Shown one piece after another: positions 1 to 9,904 of a stretch of 64,000 bases of DNA. Each line of letters opens with the position of its first letter. The stretch's first letter is position 1. The DNA lies in contig CAYGRZ010000001.1 in the NCBI GenBank assembly GCA_964352425.1, forward strand, positions 672 to 64,671, given 5' to 3'. The DNA is from an uncultured Planctomycetia bacterium (GTDB taxonomy: Bacteria; Omnitrophota; Gorgyraeia; 2-01-FULL-45-10). Below the pieces are notes generated by a model. It searched no databases and was not told the origin of the DNA. It worked only from the letters and a program-made list of their open reading frames with translations. Both the position numbers and the translations under genes were made by a program.

Positions 1-38
1 TTCTATCTTAATTTCGAAAAAGCTGCAGCATAGTATGA

Positions 39-395
39 TCAGACAGCCAATTTCTTAACGGCATCGAGGATCTGCGTACGCTCAAAAGGCTTTACGATAT
101 AGTCGACTGCGCCTGCGTTTACGGCTTCTCTGGCAGTCTCCACACTCTTATAGCCGCTTGTTACAAGCAGTTTCACCGACGGATTAGCCTCTTTCAGCTT
201 TCTCATGGTTTCGATACCATCCATTCGCGGCATTTTAATGTCGATGATCACGATATCTACGGAGTTTTTCTTAAGTGAATCGATCGCTTCCGGGCCATTG
301 GTTGCAAATAGCAGATCGTAATCCTTTTCAAGTATTAGCTTCAACGATTCCCTGATCCCTTCCTCGTCATCGCAAATTAGAATTCTCTTTTTCAT
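39..395 (-). CDS. Single-domain response regulator (CheY-like receiver)
   Basis: 118 aa; receiver-domain pattern (DDE..., ...IIDIKMP..., T..G..., K..P...); immediately downstream of the XRE-cupin regulator on the same strand. Confidence 0.85.
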   Translation of the reverse strand: MKKRILICDDEEGIRESLKLILEKDYDLLFATNGPEAIDSLKKNSVDIVIIDIKMPRMDGIETMRKLKEANPSVKLLVTSGYKSVETAREAVNAGAVDYIVKPFERTQILDAVKKLAV

Positions 396-405
396 GTCAT
401 TCTCC

Positions 406-963
406 TTATAGTGCGGGCGGACAGACGACGCAGATCATGCGCACGTCGGCGGTGCCTATATTTTTGAAATAGTGGGGGGCAGAGGACTCGAAATACAGCG
501 TGTCGCCTCGGGATAGGGCATATTTTTCATCACCGATATCGGCTTCGACTTTTCCGTCGAGAACATACAGGAACTTTTCGATCCCCGGTTTTGTTTCTTC
601 TTTCTGGGTGTTTCCGCCCTTGGCGATCTTGATCATGGTTGGCATCATCTTCTTGTTGAGAACATTCGGCGCAAGCATCTCGGCGGTTGCCTTCTTGTCA
701 TGGACGAACACATCGGTGCGCGTCTTCTTCGTCTGCACTTCGATTGTGCGGGTGGAGGCGACCAGGTCCTTATAGAGGTCGGGTAGGGCTATTTCCAGCG
801 CCTGGCATATGTGCATGTGCGAGTCGAGGGTTCCGGTCATCTTGCCGTTCTCCATCCGGCTTAATGTCGCCAGGGCGACGCCGGACTTATTGGATAACTC
901 GAGAAGCGTCATCTTCTTTTCTTTGCGCAACCTGTGGATTATTTCACCGATCTGCATAGCCAC
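406..963 (-). CDS. XRE-family HTH transcriptional regulator with C-terminal cupin domain
   Basis: 185 aa; N-terminal HTH (IGEIIHRLRKEKKMTLLELSNKSGVALATLSRMENG) and C-terminal cupin beta-barrel (GDTLYFESSAPHYFKNIG). Confidence 0.85.
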   Translation of the reverse strand: MAMQIGEIIHRLRKEKKMTLLELSNKSGVALATLSRMENGKMTGTLDSHMHICQALEIALPDLYKDLVASTRTIEVQTKKTRTDVFVHDKKATAEMLAPNVLNKKMMPTMIKIAKGGNTQKEETKPGIEKFLYVLDGKVEADIGDEKYALSRGDTLYFESSAPHYFKNIGTADVRMICVVCPPAL

Positions 964-1049
964 TCCTTTGTATCAGGAGTATACCCCTCTTTTCCTGTAT
1001 TGTCAAGTAAAGTTGATTATTAATGAAATATGAACCGAAAGAGAAGGGA

Positions 1050-1074
1050 TGCGGCCTGAGCCCGCATCCCTATT
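1050..1074. terminator. GC-rich hairpin gggatgcggcc-tga-gcccgcatccc between the convergent regulator and rpmB; possible bidirectional terminator
   Basis: perfect 10-11 bp inverted repeat flanked by T/A-rich sequence; seen directly in sequence. Confidence 0.35.
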
Positions 1075-1100
1075 TAGTTTGAATTACCCGCTCGGATATG

Positions 1101-1337
1101 CTAAAATTTAACCGCTTTTATGACCTTACCGGCTTTGAGGCATTTTACGCACACAGTGACCCTCATCGGGACGCCCTTCACAAGAGCCCTGACGCTCTTC
1201 AGATTGGGCAGGAACCGGCGAGGGGTGATGCCCGTTATCTTCAGGCCGACGCCGCCTTTTCTCTTCGCTAAACCGCGCCGGACGATAGTCCTGCCCGCAA
1301 CAGGTTTTTTACCGCAGACTTCGCATATTTTTGACAT
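1101..1337 (-). CDS. rpmB: 50S ribosomal protein L28 (zinc-ribbon form)
   Basis: 78 aa basic protein MSKICEVCGKKP...RRFLPNLK...CVKC; L28 signature, CxxC...CxxC. Confidence 0.85.
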   Translation of the reverse strand: MSKICEVCGKKPVAGRTIVRRGLAKRKGGVGLKITGITPRRFLPNLKSVRALVKGVPMRVTVCVKCLKAGKVIKAVKF

Positions 1338-1386
1338 TGTGTGTACTCCGTTTTTGGACGCTCATATTAACACGGGATCCTAGCAG

Positions 1387-3471
1387 ATGCAAGAGAAAAA
1401 TATATTACAGACACCTGTCAGGTATTTCAAAGGGGTAGGCCCCAAGAGGAGCGAGGACCTTGCCAGGCTCTCCATACAGGTGGCCGAAGACGTCCTGTAC
1501 TATCTTCCGTTCAGGTATGAGGACCGTTCCACCTTTACAAGGATACGGGATCTGGCGGCGGGACAGGCGTACACCGTCCGCGGCGAGATCTTTGCCACGA
1601 CGACGCGGCGCACCAGGAGCGGATTGTCCATGTTCCAGGCCACCGTCACCGACCAGGGTGGTTTTATCCATGCCGTGTGGTTCAACCAGCCGTACCTGAA
1701 GGATTATATCCTGCGCGGCCAAAAGGTGATCCTGTACGGCAAGGTCGAGAAGTACGAGGCCCTGCAGTTCATAAACCCGGAATACGAGATATTAAAAGAG
1801 GGAGAGGCCGTCTCCATACACATGGGCAGGATAGTCCCTATCTATGCGTCGACGGGGCAGTTGACGCAGAAATACCTGCGCACCCTCACGTTTCTCGTGA
1901 CGTCGAAATACGGAAGATGCGTCACCGAAAGGCTGCCGACCTACATCATCGCGCGCGAAAAGCTGGTCGATATTAAATTCGCGATAAAGAACATCCATTT
2001 TCCGTCGAGCTTTGAGAGCCTCGAAAAGGCATGCAGGAGGATAGTGTTTGAGGAGTTCTTTATGCTGCAGCTCGCGCTGGCGATGAAGAAGCGGGGCCGG
2101 AAGGCCTCCAAAGACGGCCTGGGGCACGTGCTTTCGGGAGAGCTTGCACAAGTATTCAGGAAGTCGCTGCCGTTCGAGCTGACGGCGGGCCAGAAGAAGG
2201 CGATCGACGATATCGAACGCGACATGTCGTCGACGAGGCCGATGAACAGGCTCCTTGAGGGCGATGTCGGGAGCGGGAAGACGGTGGTGGCCGCGCATGC
2301 GCTCGTCCTGACCGTCCAGAACGGCTTTCAGGGCGTCATCATGGCGCCGACGGAAGTTTTGGCGCGGCAGCATTTCATAGGTTTGAGCGAGCTCTTAATG
2401 CCGCTCGGCATCAACGTCGCGCTCCTTATCGGCGGCATCGATCCCGAGACGAAGAAGAAGATGTATTCCGATATCAGGGACGGAAAGATCGACCTGATCG
2501 TCGGGACGCACGCGATATTGCGGGAAGGGGTGGCTTTTAAGAAGCTGGGGCTGGCCGTCGTCGATGAGCAGCATAAATTCGGCGTCACTCAGAGGGCCAC
2601 GCTTAAAGATAAAGGGTATAACCCGCACATCCTCGTCATGACCGCTACGCCGATACCCAGGACGCTTGCCCTGACCGTGTATGGCGACCTGGATATTTCC
2701 GTTATACGGGAACTGCCCAAAGGCCGCAAACCGATAGCTACATACTGGGTCGAGGAATCCAAGAGGCGCCGTGTATATGATTTCATCATAGAGGAGCTCG
2801 CGGCCCGAAGGCAGGCGTATGTGGTGTGCCCGTTGATTGAGAAGGGCGAAGGGCTGAGGGCGAAGGGCCAGGCGGCGGAAGAATTATATGAAGAGCTCAA
2901 GAATCGAGTCTTTTCCGGTTATGCCGTCGGGCTCCTGCACGGCAGGATGGCATCGAAAGAAAAAGATAAGATAATGAAGGATTTCAAAAAGGGCAAAATA
3001 GACGTGCTGGTCTCGACGGTGGTTATCGAGGTCGGTATCGATGTTCCGAATGCCACGGTAATGCTTATCGAGAACGCCGACAGGTTCGGGCTCGCGCAGC
3101 TCCACCAGCTGCGGGGCAGGGTCGGCCGCGGCGAACACGAGTCGTATTGCATATTGCTTGCCGACCCGAAGACCGATGAGGCCTCCGAGAGGTTGAAGGC
3201 GATCGAGGGCACGCTCGACGGGTTCCAGATCGCGGAGGCGGACCTCAATATTCGCGGGCCGGGCGAGTTCTTCGGCACGCGACAGAGCGGACTGCCCGAG
3301 ATACGGTTCGGCAATATCCTGAAGGACTTTGCCATAATGGAGATCGCGCGCAAGGAGGCGTTCAATCTTATCGCTGTCGATCCGAACCTGAGTCAGGACC
3401 ATCACCGGCTCCTGAAAGAGGCGTTGGCGGCCAGATTTAAAGACAAATTCGACCTGATAAACGTTGCATAA
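1387..3471 (+). CDS. recG: ATP-dependent DNA helicase RecG
   Basis: 694 aa; wedge domain plus SF2 helicase motifs (GDVGSGKT, DEQHKFG, TATPIPRT, QLRGRVGRG). Confidence 0.95.
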   Translation: MQEKNILQTPVRYFKGVGPKRSEDLARLSIQVAEDVLYYLPFRYEDRSTFTRIRDLAAGQAYTVRGEIFATTTRRTRSGLSMFQATVTDQGGFIHAVWFNQPYLKDYILRGQKVILYGKVEKYEALQFINPEYEILKEGEAVSIHMGRIVPIYASTGQLTQKYLRTLTFLVTSKYGRCVTERLPTYIIAREKLVDIKFAIKNIHFPSSFESLEKACRRIVFEEFFMLQLALAMKKRGRKASKDGLGHVLSGELAQVFRKSLPFELTAGQKKAIDDIERDMSSTRPMNRLLEGDVGSGKTVVAAHALVLTVQNGFQGVIMAPTEVLARQHFIGLSELLMPLGINVALLIGGIDPETKKKMYSDIRDGKIDLIVGTHAILREGVAFKKLGLAVVDEQHKFGVTQRATLKDKGYNPHILVMTATPIPRTLALTVYGDLDISVIRELPKGRKPIATYWVEESKRRRVYDFIIEELAARRQAYVVCPLIEKGEGLRAKGQAAEELYEELKNRVFSGYAVGLLHGRMASKEKDKIMKDFKKGKIDVLVSTVVIEVGIDVPNATVMLIENADRFGLAQLHQLRGRVGRGEHESYCILLADPKTDEASERLKAIEGTLDGFQIAEADLNIRGPGEFFGTRQSGLPEIRFGNILKDFAIMEIARKEAFNLIAVDPNLSQDHHRLLKEALAARFKDKFDLINVA

Positions 3472-3473
3472 TC

Positions 3474-4028
3474 ATGAGAATAATAGCCGGGCAATACAAA
3501 TCGAGGCTCATATCTATGCCGAAAGGCGTCGATATGCGGCCTACACAGGACAAGGTGCGTGGTGCTATATTCAACATCCTGGGCGACCTTAGCGGCAAGA
3601 GGGTGCTGGAGCTCTTTGCCGGGTCCGGGGCGTTTGGTATCGAGGCCATCTCTCGCGGCGCACGGTATGTGACTTTTGTGGATAATAATTTCAGGTGCGC
3701 TGAGACGATCAGGGCGAACCTGCAGTCACTGGGGGTGGCGGAGTCCGTGTATGGTATCATCAGGGCCAATGCCTTGAACGTGCTTCCGGGGCTCTCAAAA
3801 GACGAATCGAAGTACGATATCGTGTTCCTGGATCCTCCCTATTACGAGGGGCTGGCCAAAAAGTGCTTGATTAATATAGACCTGTATGATATATTAGCGC
3901 CCAACAGCGTCATATTTGTCGAGCATTTCAAGAAAGATACATTGACAACGGACCTTAAGACCCTCGTTTTTGATAAAGACAGAAGATATGGGGACACCGT
4001 TGTGTCAATCTATAGGAAAGTGGCATGA
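3474..4028 (+). CDS. rsmD: 16S rRNA (guanine966-N2)-methyltransferase RsmD
   Basis: 184 aa; MRIIAGQYKSRLI...LELFAGSGAFGIEAISRGA...FLDPPY motifs. Confidence 0.85.
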   Translation: MRIIAGQYKSRLISMPKGVDMRPTQDKVRGAIFNILGDLSGKRVLELFAGSGAFGIEAISRGARYVTFVDNNFRCAETIRANLQSLGVAESVYGIIRANALNVLPGLSKDESKYDIVFLDPPYYEGLAKKCLINIDLYDILAPNSVIFVEHFKKDTLTTDLKTLVFDKDRRYGDTVVSIYRKVA

Positions 4029-4519
4029 CCACAGGCAAAACAGCTGTTTATCCCGGCACTTTTGACCCCATAACATACGGCCACATTGACCTCATCGAGC
4101 GGGCTTCCAAGATATTTGGAAAAGTCATCATTGCGGTAGCGCATAACAAGCCGAAAGGCATCCTCTTCAGCGTTGAAGAGCGGGTTGCCATGCTCAAAGA
4201 CGCGGTGAGGGGTATGAAGAACGTCACTGTCGACGACTTCGACGGCCTGGTCGTAGATTACGTCAAGAAGCAGGGCTCCCACGTCATGATCAGGGGCCTC
4301 AGGATGCTTTCCGATTTCGAGTATGAATTCCAGATGGCGCTTACCAACAGGAAGCTGGCCGGCGACATCGAGACGATATTCATGATGCCGCATGAGGATT
4401 ACTCGTACGTGTCGAGCAAGCTGATCAAGGAGGTGGCGTCGTACGGAGCCGATCTGAAAAATTTTGTGCCTGAGAAGGTCGAAAAGGCATTAAAAGAAAA
4501 GATAAGGAGTGGGCGTTGA
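4025..4519 (+). CDS. coaD: Phosphopantetheine adenylyltransferase
   Basis: 164 aa; AVYPGTFDPITYGHIDLI nucleotidyltransferase HxGH motif; 4-nt overlap with rsmD. Confidence 0.95.
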   Translation: MTTGKTAVYPGTFDPITYGHIDLIERASKIFGKVIIAVAHNKPKGILFSVEERVAMLKDAVRGMKNVTVDDFDGLVVDYVKKQGSHVMIRGLRMLSDFEYEFQMALTNRKLAGDIETIFMMPHEDYSYVSSKLIKEVASYGADLKNFVPEKVEKALKEKIRSGR

Positions 4520-5505
4520 GCATAATAGGCGATATCCGGAGAAGGGCGGCAGCCGACCCAAAGAAGGTGGTCCTGCCGGAAAGCGATGACCAGAGGACGA
4601 TAGACGCGCTGAACATCATATTGGACAAAAAGATAGCGAAGATCATCCTCGTCGGGAAAGAGGACGCTGTCAAGAAGGTGAAGAGCAGGAACCTGAGCGA
4701 CCTCGAGGTAATCGATCCTGCGGCGTATAAGGATACCGACAGCATGGCGGCCGAGTTTTACGAGCTTCGGAAGGCCAAGGGAATGACCGCGGAGGAAGCG
4801 AATAAGACGGTGCGGGAAGACTGGATGACGTTCGCGGCGATGCTTGTCAGGCGGGATGCGGCGGTCGGTTTTGTGGGCGGCGCGAACCATACGACCGCGG
4901 CGACGGTCAGGGCCGCGCTCAGGTGCCTCAAGATCGACAGGGAGATCGGCGTTGCGGCCGGGTCGTTCCTGATGGAGGTGCCTAATTCGCCGTACGGGGA
5001 GAAGGGCGTCTTCATGTTCGCGGACTGCGGTGTCAACCCGGAGCCGAACGCCAGGCAGCTTGCGGGCATCGGTGTCCTCTCCGCGCGGCTCTTCCGGCAG
5101 CTCGTCGGAAAGACGCCGCATGTCGCGTTCCTGAGCTATTCATCGAAGGGCAGCGCCGAAGGGCCGCTCGTCGACAAGATCAGGGACGCCGTCGCTAAGG
5201 CAAGGGAGATGATGCCGGATATCTCGATCGACGGGGAGTTCCAGGTCGATAGCGCCCTGGTGCCCGAAGTCGCGAAGATAAAATGTCCCGGAAATGATGT
5301 AGCGGGCAGGGCGAACGTCCTGATATTCCCGGACCTCAATTCAGGCAATATTTCCTACAAACTCACGCAGAGGCTCGCCAACGCGCGTGCCGTCGGCCCG
5401 CTCCTGATGGGATTCACGGAGCCGTGCAGCGACCTTTCGAGAGGGTGCAACGTCGACGATATCGTCGATGCCGTCGCCGTAACGGTGATAAGGGCGCAAT
5501 GTTAA
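4516..5505 (+). CDS. pta: Phosphate acetyltransferase (short form)
   Basis: 329 aa; Pta family similarity over full length; overlaps ackA start by 7 nt. Confidence 0.9.
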   Translation: MSIIGDIRRRAAADPKKVVLPESDDQRTIDALNIILDKKIAKIILVGKEDAVKKVKSRNLSDLEVIDPAAYKDTDSMAAEFYELRKAKGMTAEEANKTVREDWMTFAAMLVRRDAAVGFVGGANHTTAATVRAALRCLKIDREIGVAAGSFLMEVPNSPYGEKGVFMFADCGVNPEPNARQLAGIGVLSARLFRQLVGKTPHVAFLSYSSKGSAEGPLVDKIRDAVAKAREMMPDISIDGEFQVDSALVPEVAKIKCPGNDVAGRANVLIFPDLNSGNISYKLTQRLANARAVGPLLMGFTEPCSDLSRGCNVDDIVDAVAVTVIRAQC

Positions 5506-6668
5506 TATTAGTCATCAACTGCGGAAGCTCATCGGCAAAGTACCAGCTGTTTGACGTGTCGGACCATAAGGTCCTCGCGCGCGGTGCCGTCGACAGGATC
5601 GGCCATCACGGCGCGTGCCTGAAACACCACCGCGGCAGCGCTACATTCGAGCGCAGGGTCGAGTGCCGGGACCATAATGTCGCGATCAACCTGATCGTCG
5701 ATATACTTGCCGATAGGCGCCATGGCGTCATACGGTCAAAGGATGAAATAGGGGGCGTGGGCCACAGGGTAGTCCACGGGGCCGAAGAGTTCAAGAACTC
5801 GACGCTGATAACGCCGCGCGTCATCAGGTCGATCGAGAAATACAGCGAGCTTGCGCCGCTGCACAACCCGCCGGCGGTGCTGGGGATCAGGGCCTGCCGT
5901 AACATATTGCCGGGCGTGCCGCAGATAGCGGTCTTTGACACGTCGTTCCATCAGACAATGCCGCCAAAGGCATTCTTATACGGGCTGCCGTACCGGCTCT
6001 ATAAGAAATACGGGATACGAAAATACGGCTTTCACGGCACAAGCCACAGGTTCGTCGCTGAGAAGGCGGCCGAGATTCTCAAGCGCCCGCTTAAAGCTCT
6101 GAAGCTCATCACCTGCCATCTCGGCAACGGCTGCAGCATGGCGGCCGTGGACAGGGCGCACTCTGTCGATACGACCATGGGGTTTACCCCGCTCGAAGGG
6201 CTCCTGATGGGGACGCGGTCGGGCGATCTCGACCCGGCAGTCGTTTTCTACATCATGGAGAAGGAGATGGTCTCGCCGGAGACGATCAGCGATATCCTGA
6301 ACAAGGAGAGCGGCCTTCTCGGCGTATCCGGTATCAGCAATGACATGCGCGATATACTGAAAGCGGTTTCGGGTAAAGGCGAGAAGGCGAAGTGGTCGCG
6401 GATCGCCATAGAGATATTCATCTACAGGATAGTCAAATACATTGGCGCGTACTACGCGGCGATGGGTGGGCTTGACGCGGTGATATTTACGGCTGGGATA
6501 GGCGAGAACAACCCGTGGCTCGTGGGTCGCGTCAAGGCAGCCCTGAAGAATGTTGTTCCGAAGAAAGCCGCATTCATGGTCATCCCGACTAACGAAGAGC
6601 TTTTGATAGCCAGGGATACGTTCAATATAATACAAACCCTTCGGCAGGCTCGGGGTACGTTATCCTGA
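5499..6668 (+). CDS. ackA: Acetate kinase
   Basis: True start MLILVINCGSSSAKYQLFD at 5499. The 5424 ORF start is an in-frame upstream artefact overlapping pta. ASKHA fold motifs are present. Confidence 0.9.
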   Translation: MLILVINCGSSSAKYQLFDVSDHKVLARGAVDRIGHHGACLKHHRGSATFERRVECRDHNVAINLIVDILADRRHGVIRSKDEIGGVGHRVVHGAEEFKNSTLITPRVIRSIEKYSELAPLHNPPAVLGIRACRNILPGVPQIAVFDTSFHQTMPPKAFLYGLPYRLYKKYGIRKYGFHGTSHRFVAEKAAEILKRPLKALKLITCHLGNGCSMAAVDRAHSVDTTMGFTPLEGLLMGTRSGDLDPAVVFYIMEKEMVSPETISDILNKESGLLGVSGISNDMRDILKAVSGKGEKAKWSRIAIEIFIYRIVKYIGAYYAAMGGLDAVIFTAGIGENNPWLVGRVKAALKNVVPKKAAFMVIPTNEELLIARDTFNIIQTLRQARGTLS

Positions 6669-6685
6669 GTGAAGTCGAAGGATAC
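6659..6685 (+). repeat. Hairpin with conserved 14-nt loop tgagTgaagtcgaa (copy 1 of 2; second copy at 36665-36692)
   Basis: 22-nt near-identical core tcctgagYgaagtcgaagga at both loci with different stem-extending bases; ackA stop codon lies in the loop. Confidence 0.4.
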
Positions 6686-6698
6686 AAAGGAGCTGGGA

Positions 6699-6899
6699 AT
6701 GCCGAATCCAAAACGTAAACACTCTAAGGCACGGCGGGATAAGCGCAGAAGCGCGAACTCGAAGATGTACTCGAACAATCTCTCCGTCTGCTCGCATTGC
6801 AAGAAGCCGAGGATGCCGCACCGTGTCTGTCCGTATTGTGGGTATTACAAAGGCAAGCCGGTCATCATAGTTGAGACGGTCGAAGAGAAGAAGAAGTAA
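6699..6899 (+). CDS. rpmF: 50S ribosomal protein L32
   Basis: MPNPKRKHSKARRDKRRS... with C-terminal CxxC...CxxC; SD aaggag 9 nt upstream. The ORF-track start at 6669 is an upstream extension. Confidence 0.85.
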   Translation: MPNPKRKHSKARRDKRRSANSKMYSNNLSVCSHCKKPRMPHRVCPYCGYYKGKPVIIVETVEEKKK

Positions 6900-6938
6900 C
6901 ATAGAGTTTCACCTCGTAAAATTCGGAGGTTGTGTTCG

Positions 6939-7928
6939 ATGAAGATTGTCGTTGACGCGATGGGTAGTGATCGCGCTCCTGCGGTCGAGGTTGAAGGTGC
7001 GGTAGAGGCCGTAAAGGAATATGGCCACGACGTGGTGCTGGTCGGTGACGAGCCGATCGTGCGCGAGGAGCTTAAAAAGCACGAGGACTTCGGCGATAAG
7101 ATCACGGTCGTCCACGCCGGCGAGAGGATCGAGATGCATGAGCCTGCGGCGATCTCGGTTAGGCGCAAGCGGAAGTCGTCGATTGTCGTCGGCATGGAGC
7201 TGCTCAAGCGCGATGAAGCCGACGGGTTCGTCAGCGCCGGCAATACAGGGGCCGTCGTATGCGCCGCGATGCTGTCGCTCAGGCTTCTGCCGGGCGTAGA
7301 GAGGCCGGGGATAGCCATCGTCATACCGACGCTCCTGGGCACGTCCGTTATCATCGATGTGGGTGCCAACATCGACCCGAAGCCGATGCACCTGCTCCAA
7401 TACGGGATAATGGCGGATGCGTATTGCAGGTACATATTGCACAAGGAAAATCCAAAAGTCGGCCTGCTGAATGTCGGTGAGGAAGCATCGAAGGGCACCG
7501 ATTTTATCAAGGAGGCTCACACGCTCCTCAGCGAATCGAAGCTCAATTTTATAGGCAACATCGAAGGGCGGGACATCTACGCGGGTACCGCGGATATAGT
7601 CCTGTGCGACGGGTTTGTCGGTAATGTGATACTGAAAGTGTCCGAGAGCGTCATCGATACGCTGGTGAAGCTGATCAAACAGGAGATCAAGGCGAATTTC
7701 ATCGCGACGCTCGGCGCGCTGCTGGCGAGCCCCGCGTTCAACGCGCTGAAGAAGAAGATGGACTACGCCGAGTACGGCGGGGCGCCGCTGTTGGGCGTAG
7801 ACGGAAGGTGCATCATAAGCCACGGCTCGTCGACCCCGAAAGCGATAAAGAACGCGATACGCGTTGCGGCCGATTTCAAAACCAACGATGTCAACAAACA
7901 TATCCTCGAAGAACTGGAAACCTACTAA
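6939..7928 (+). CDS. plsX: Phosphate acyltransferase PlsX
   Basis: MKIVVDAMGSDRAP... PlsX family; ATG at 6939 with ggagg SD. The track start at 6930 is a TTG. Confidence 0.9.
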   Translation: MKIVVDAMGSDRAPAVEVEGAVEAVKEYGHDVVLVGDEPIVREELKKHEDFGDKITVVHAGERIEMHEPAAISVRRKRKSSIVVGMELLKRDEADGFVSAGNTGAVVCAAMLSLRLLPGVERPGIAIVIPTLLGTSVIIDVGANIDPKPMHLLQYGIMADAYCRYILHKENPKVGLLNVGEEASKGTDFIKEAHTLLSESKLNFIGNIEGRDIYAGTADIVLCDGFVGNVILKVSESVIDTLVKLIKQEIKANFIATLGALLASPAFNALKKKMDYAEYGGAPLLGVDGRCIISHGSSTPKAIKNAIRVAADFKTNDVNKHILEELETY

Positions 7929-7930
7929 AT

Positions 7931-8917
7931 ATGTGCCAAACGAAGAAAGCCGGGATACTGGGGTTAGGTAAATATCTTCCCGAGAAGAGGCTTACGAACA
8001 AGGACCTCGAACGCATCGTCGATACGACTGACGAATGGATCTTCACGCGCACCGGGATAAAAGAGCGCCGGATAGCCCGCGACGACGAAGCGACCAGCGA
8101 CATGGCTACAGAGGCTGCCAGGAAGGCGCTCTCGGCCGCCGGCCTGGAGGCGAAAGATATCGACCTGATCATCGTGGCCACGATAACCCCCGACATGTTC
8201 TTCCCGGCGACGGCGTGCCTTGTCCAGGAGAAGATAGGCGCGCGCCAGGTTCCGGCATTCGATATAAGCGTCGCCTGCTCAGGATTTATCTACGGGCTTT
8301 CGATAGCAAATCAGTTCATAAGCTCAGGTACCTACAAGCACGCGCTCGTGATCGCCGCCGAGAAGCTGTCGTCGATAACCGACTGGACCGACCGGTCGAC
8401 CTGCGTGCTCTTCGGTGACGGGGCAGGCGCGGCGGTGCTCGGCCCCGTCGAGAAGGGCGGGATACTTTCGATGCATCTCGGCGCCGACGGGAAGCAGGGC
8501 GACCTGATAAAGCTGCCCGCCGGCGGCTCGCGGATACCGGCCAGCAGGAAGAGCGTCGAGGACAAGCTCCACTTCATAAAGATGAACGGCGCGGAGCTCT
8601 TCAAGCATGCCGTGCGCATCATGGCCGACGCGGCGCTTGAAGCGACGAGGCCGCTCGGGCTGAAGGCTGACGACCTGAACCTCGTCATACCGCACCAGGC
8701 AAATATCAGGATCCTGAATGCCGCGGCAAAACGGATGGGCCTGTCACAGGATAAGATATACCTGAATATCGAAAAATACGGCAACATGTCGGCAGCTTCG
8801 AGCGCGGTCGCGCTCGTCGAGGCCGTTGAAGAAGGCAGGATCAAGAAGGGCGACAAGATCCTGCTCGACGCCTTCGGCGGAGGGCTGACATGGGGAGCTA
8901 TAGTGATCGAGTGGTGA
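7931..8917 (+). CDS. fabH: 3-oxoacyl-ACP synthase III
   Basis: Start MCQTKKAGILGLGKYLP; catalytic Cys in ACSGFIYGL, His/Asn motifs; canonical position after plsX. Confidence 0.9.
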   Translation: MCQTKKAGILGLGKYLPEKRLTNKDLERIVDTTDEWIFTRTGIKERRIARDDEATSDMATEAARKALSAAGLEAKDIDLIIVATITPDMFFPATACLVQEKIGARQVPAFDISVACSGFIYGLSIANQFISSGTYKHALVIAAEKLSSITDWTDRSTCVLFGDGAGAAVLGPVEKGGILSMHLGADGKQGDLIKLPAGGSRIPASRKSVEDKLHFIKMNGAELFKHAVRIMADAALEATRPLGLKADDLNLVIPHQANIRILNAAAKRMGLSQDKIYLNIEKYGNMSAASSAVALVEAVEEGRIKKGDKILLDAFGGGLTWGAIVIEW

Positions 8918-8953
8918 CCGCATGTTAAATTCCAATTTCCAAAGGACATCATC

Positions 8954-9883
8954 ATGACAGAATGTGCGTTCATATTTCCGGGGCAGGGCTCGCAGGCGGT
9001 CGGCATGGGCAAGGACCTTTACGAAAACTTTCCGCAGGCCAAGGAGGTTTTCGATACGGCGAACACAGTCCTGAAGTTCGATATAAAGAAACTCTGCTTC
9101 GAAGGTCCGCAGGAAGATCTTTCGACGACACACAACAGCCAGCCTGCCATCCTCGCGACGAGTATCGCGGCATTGCGGGTATTTGAAGCATCGCCGCTCT
9201 TCGCACACTACACACCGAAGTTCTGTATGGGCCTCAGTCTCGGCGAATACACGGCGCTCGTCGCTGCAGGGTGCATCTCTTTTGAAGACGCGCTCGTGCT
9301 GGTCAGGAAGCGCGGCGAGTACATGGAAGACGCCTCCCGCAGGAATCCCGGCACAATGGCGTGCGTGATCGGTATGGACCTGAAGGCGGTCGAGGATCTC
9401 TGCAAAGGCCTCGGCTGCGAGATAGCGAACCTTAATTGCCCCGGGCAGGTGGTCGTATCCGGCAAGACGAACAATATTGAGCTTTTCGCGAGCCTTGCGA
9501 AGGATAAGGGCGCAAAGCGGGTGCTGTTGCTCGACGTGAGCGGTCCGTTCCATTCATCGCTTATGACGGGGGCGCGCGATAAGCTCAAGGATTACATCGA
9601 AAAGGTCCGGATATCGGCGCCGAAGATACCGTTCATCAGTAATGTCGACGCACAGCCTCAGACCGATCCCGCGAAGATCAAGGAGAACCTGATAGCGCAG
9701 GTGAATTCCAGGACGCTGTGGGAGGGGTCGATGAAGCTTGTCGCCCAAAGCGGGGTCAGGACATTTGTCGAAATAGGGCCGGGGCAGGTGCTTAAGGGGC
9801 TGGCGAAGAAGATCGATCCCAAGCTCGAGCTGAAGAATGTCGGCACCGTCGTGGACCTCCAGATACACGTAACGGCGCCGTAA
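8954..9883 (+). CDS. fabD: Malonyl-CoA:ACP transacylase
   Basis: 309 aa; FIFPGQGSQ and GLSLGEY motifs. Confidence 0.9.
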   Translation: MTECAFIFPGQGSQAVGMGKDLYENFPQAKEVFDTANTVLKFDIKKLCFEGPQEDLSTTHNSQPAILATSIAALRVFEASPLFAHYTPKFCMGLSLGEYTALVAAGCISFEDALVLVRKRGEYMEDASRRNPGTMACVIGMDLKAVEDLCKGLGCEIANLNCPGQVVVSGKTNNIELFASLAKDKGAKRVLLLDVSGPFHSSLMTGARDKLKDYIEKVRISAPKIPFISNVDAQPQTDPAKIKENLIAQVNSRTLWEGSMKLVAQSGVRTFVEIGPGQVLKGLAKKIDPKLELKNVGTVVDLQIHVTAP

Positions 9884-9904
9884 GTAGCCGGTCCTGCGCA
9901 CATC

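Noticed and set aside
1120-1383. 87-aa + strand ORF overlapping rpmB
   Set aside because: It is antisense to the clearly conserved L28 gene, and its product has no recognisable features.
5424-5498. Upstream extension of ackA (ORF-track start 5424, MQRPFERVQRRRYRRCRRR...)
   Set aside because: It overlaps the pta 3' end in another frame and is Arg-rich nonsense. The conserved AckA N-terminus MLILVINCGSSS begins at 5499, with a typical 7-nt pta/ackA overlap.
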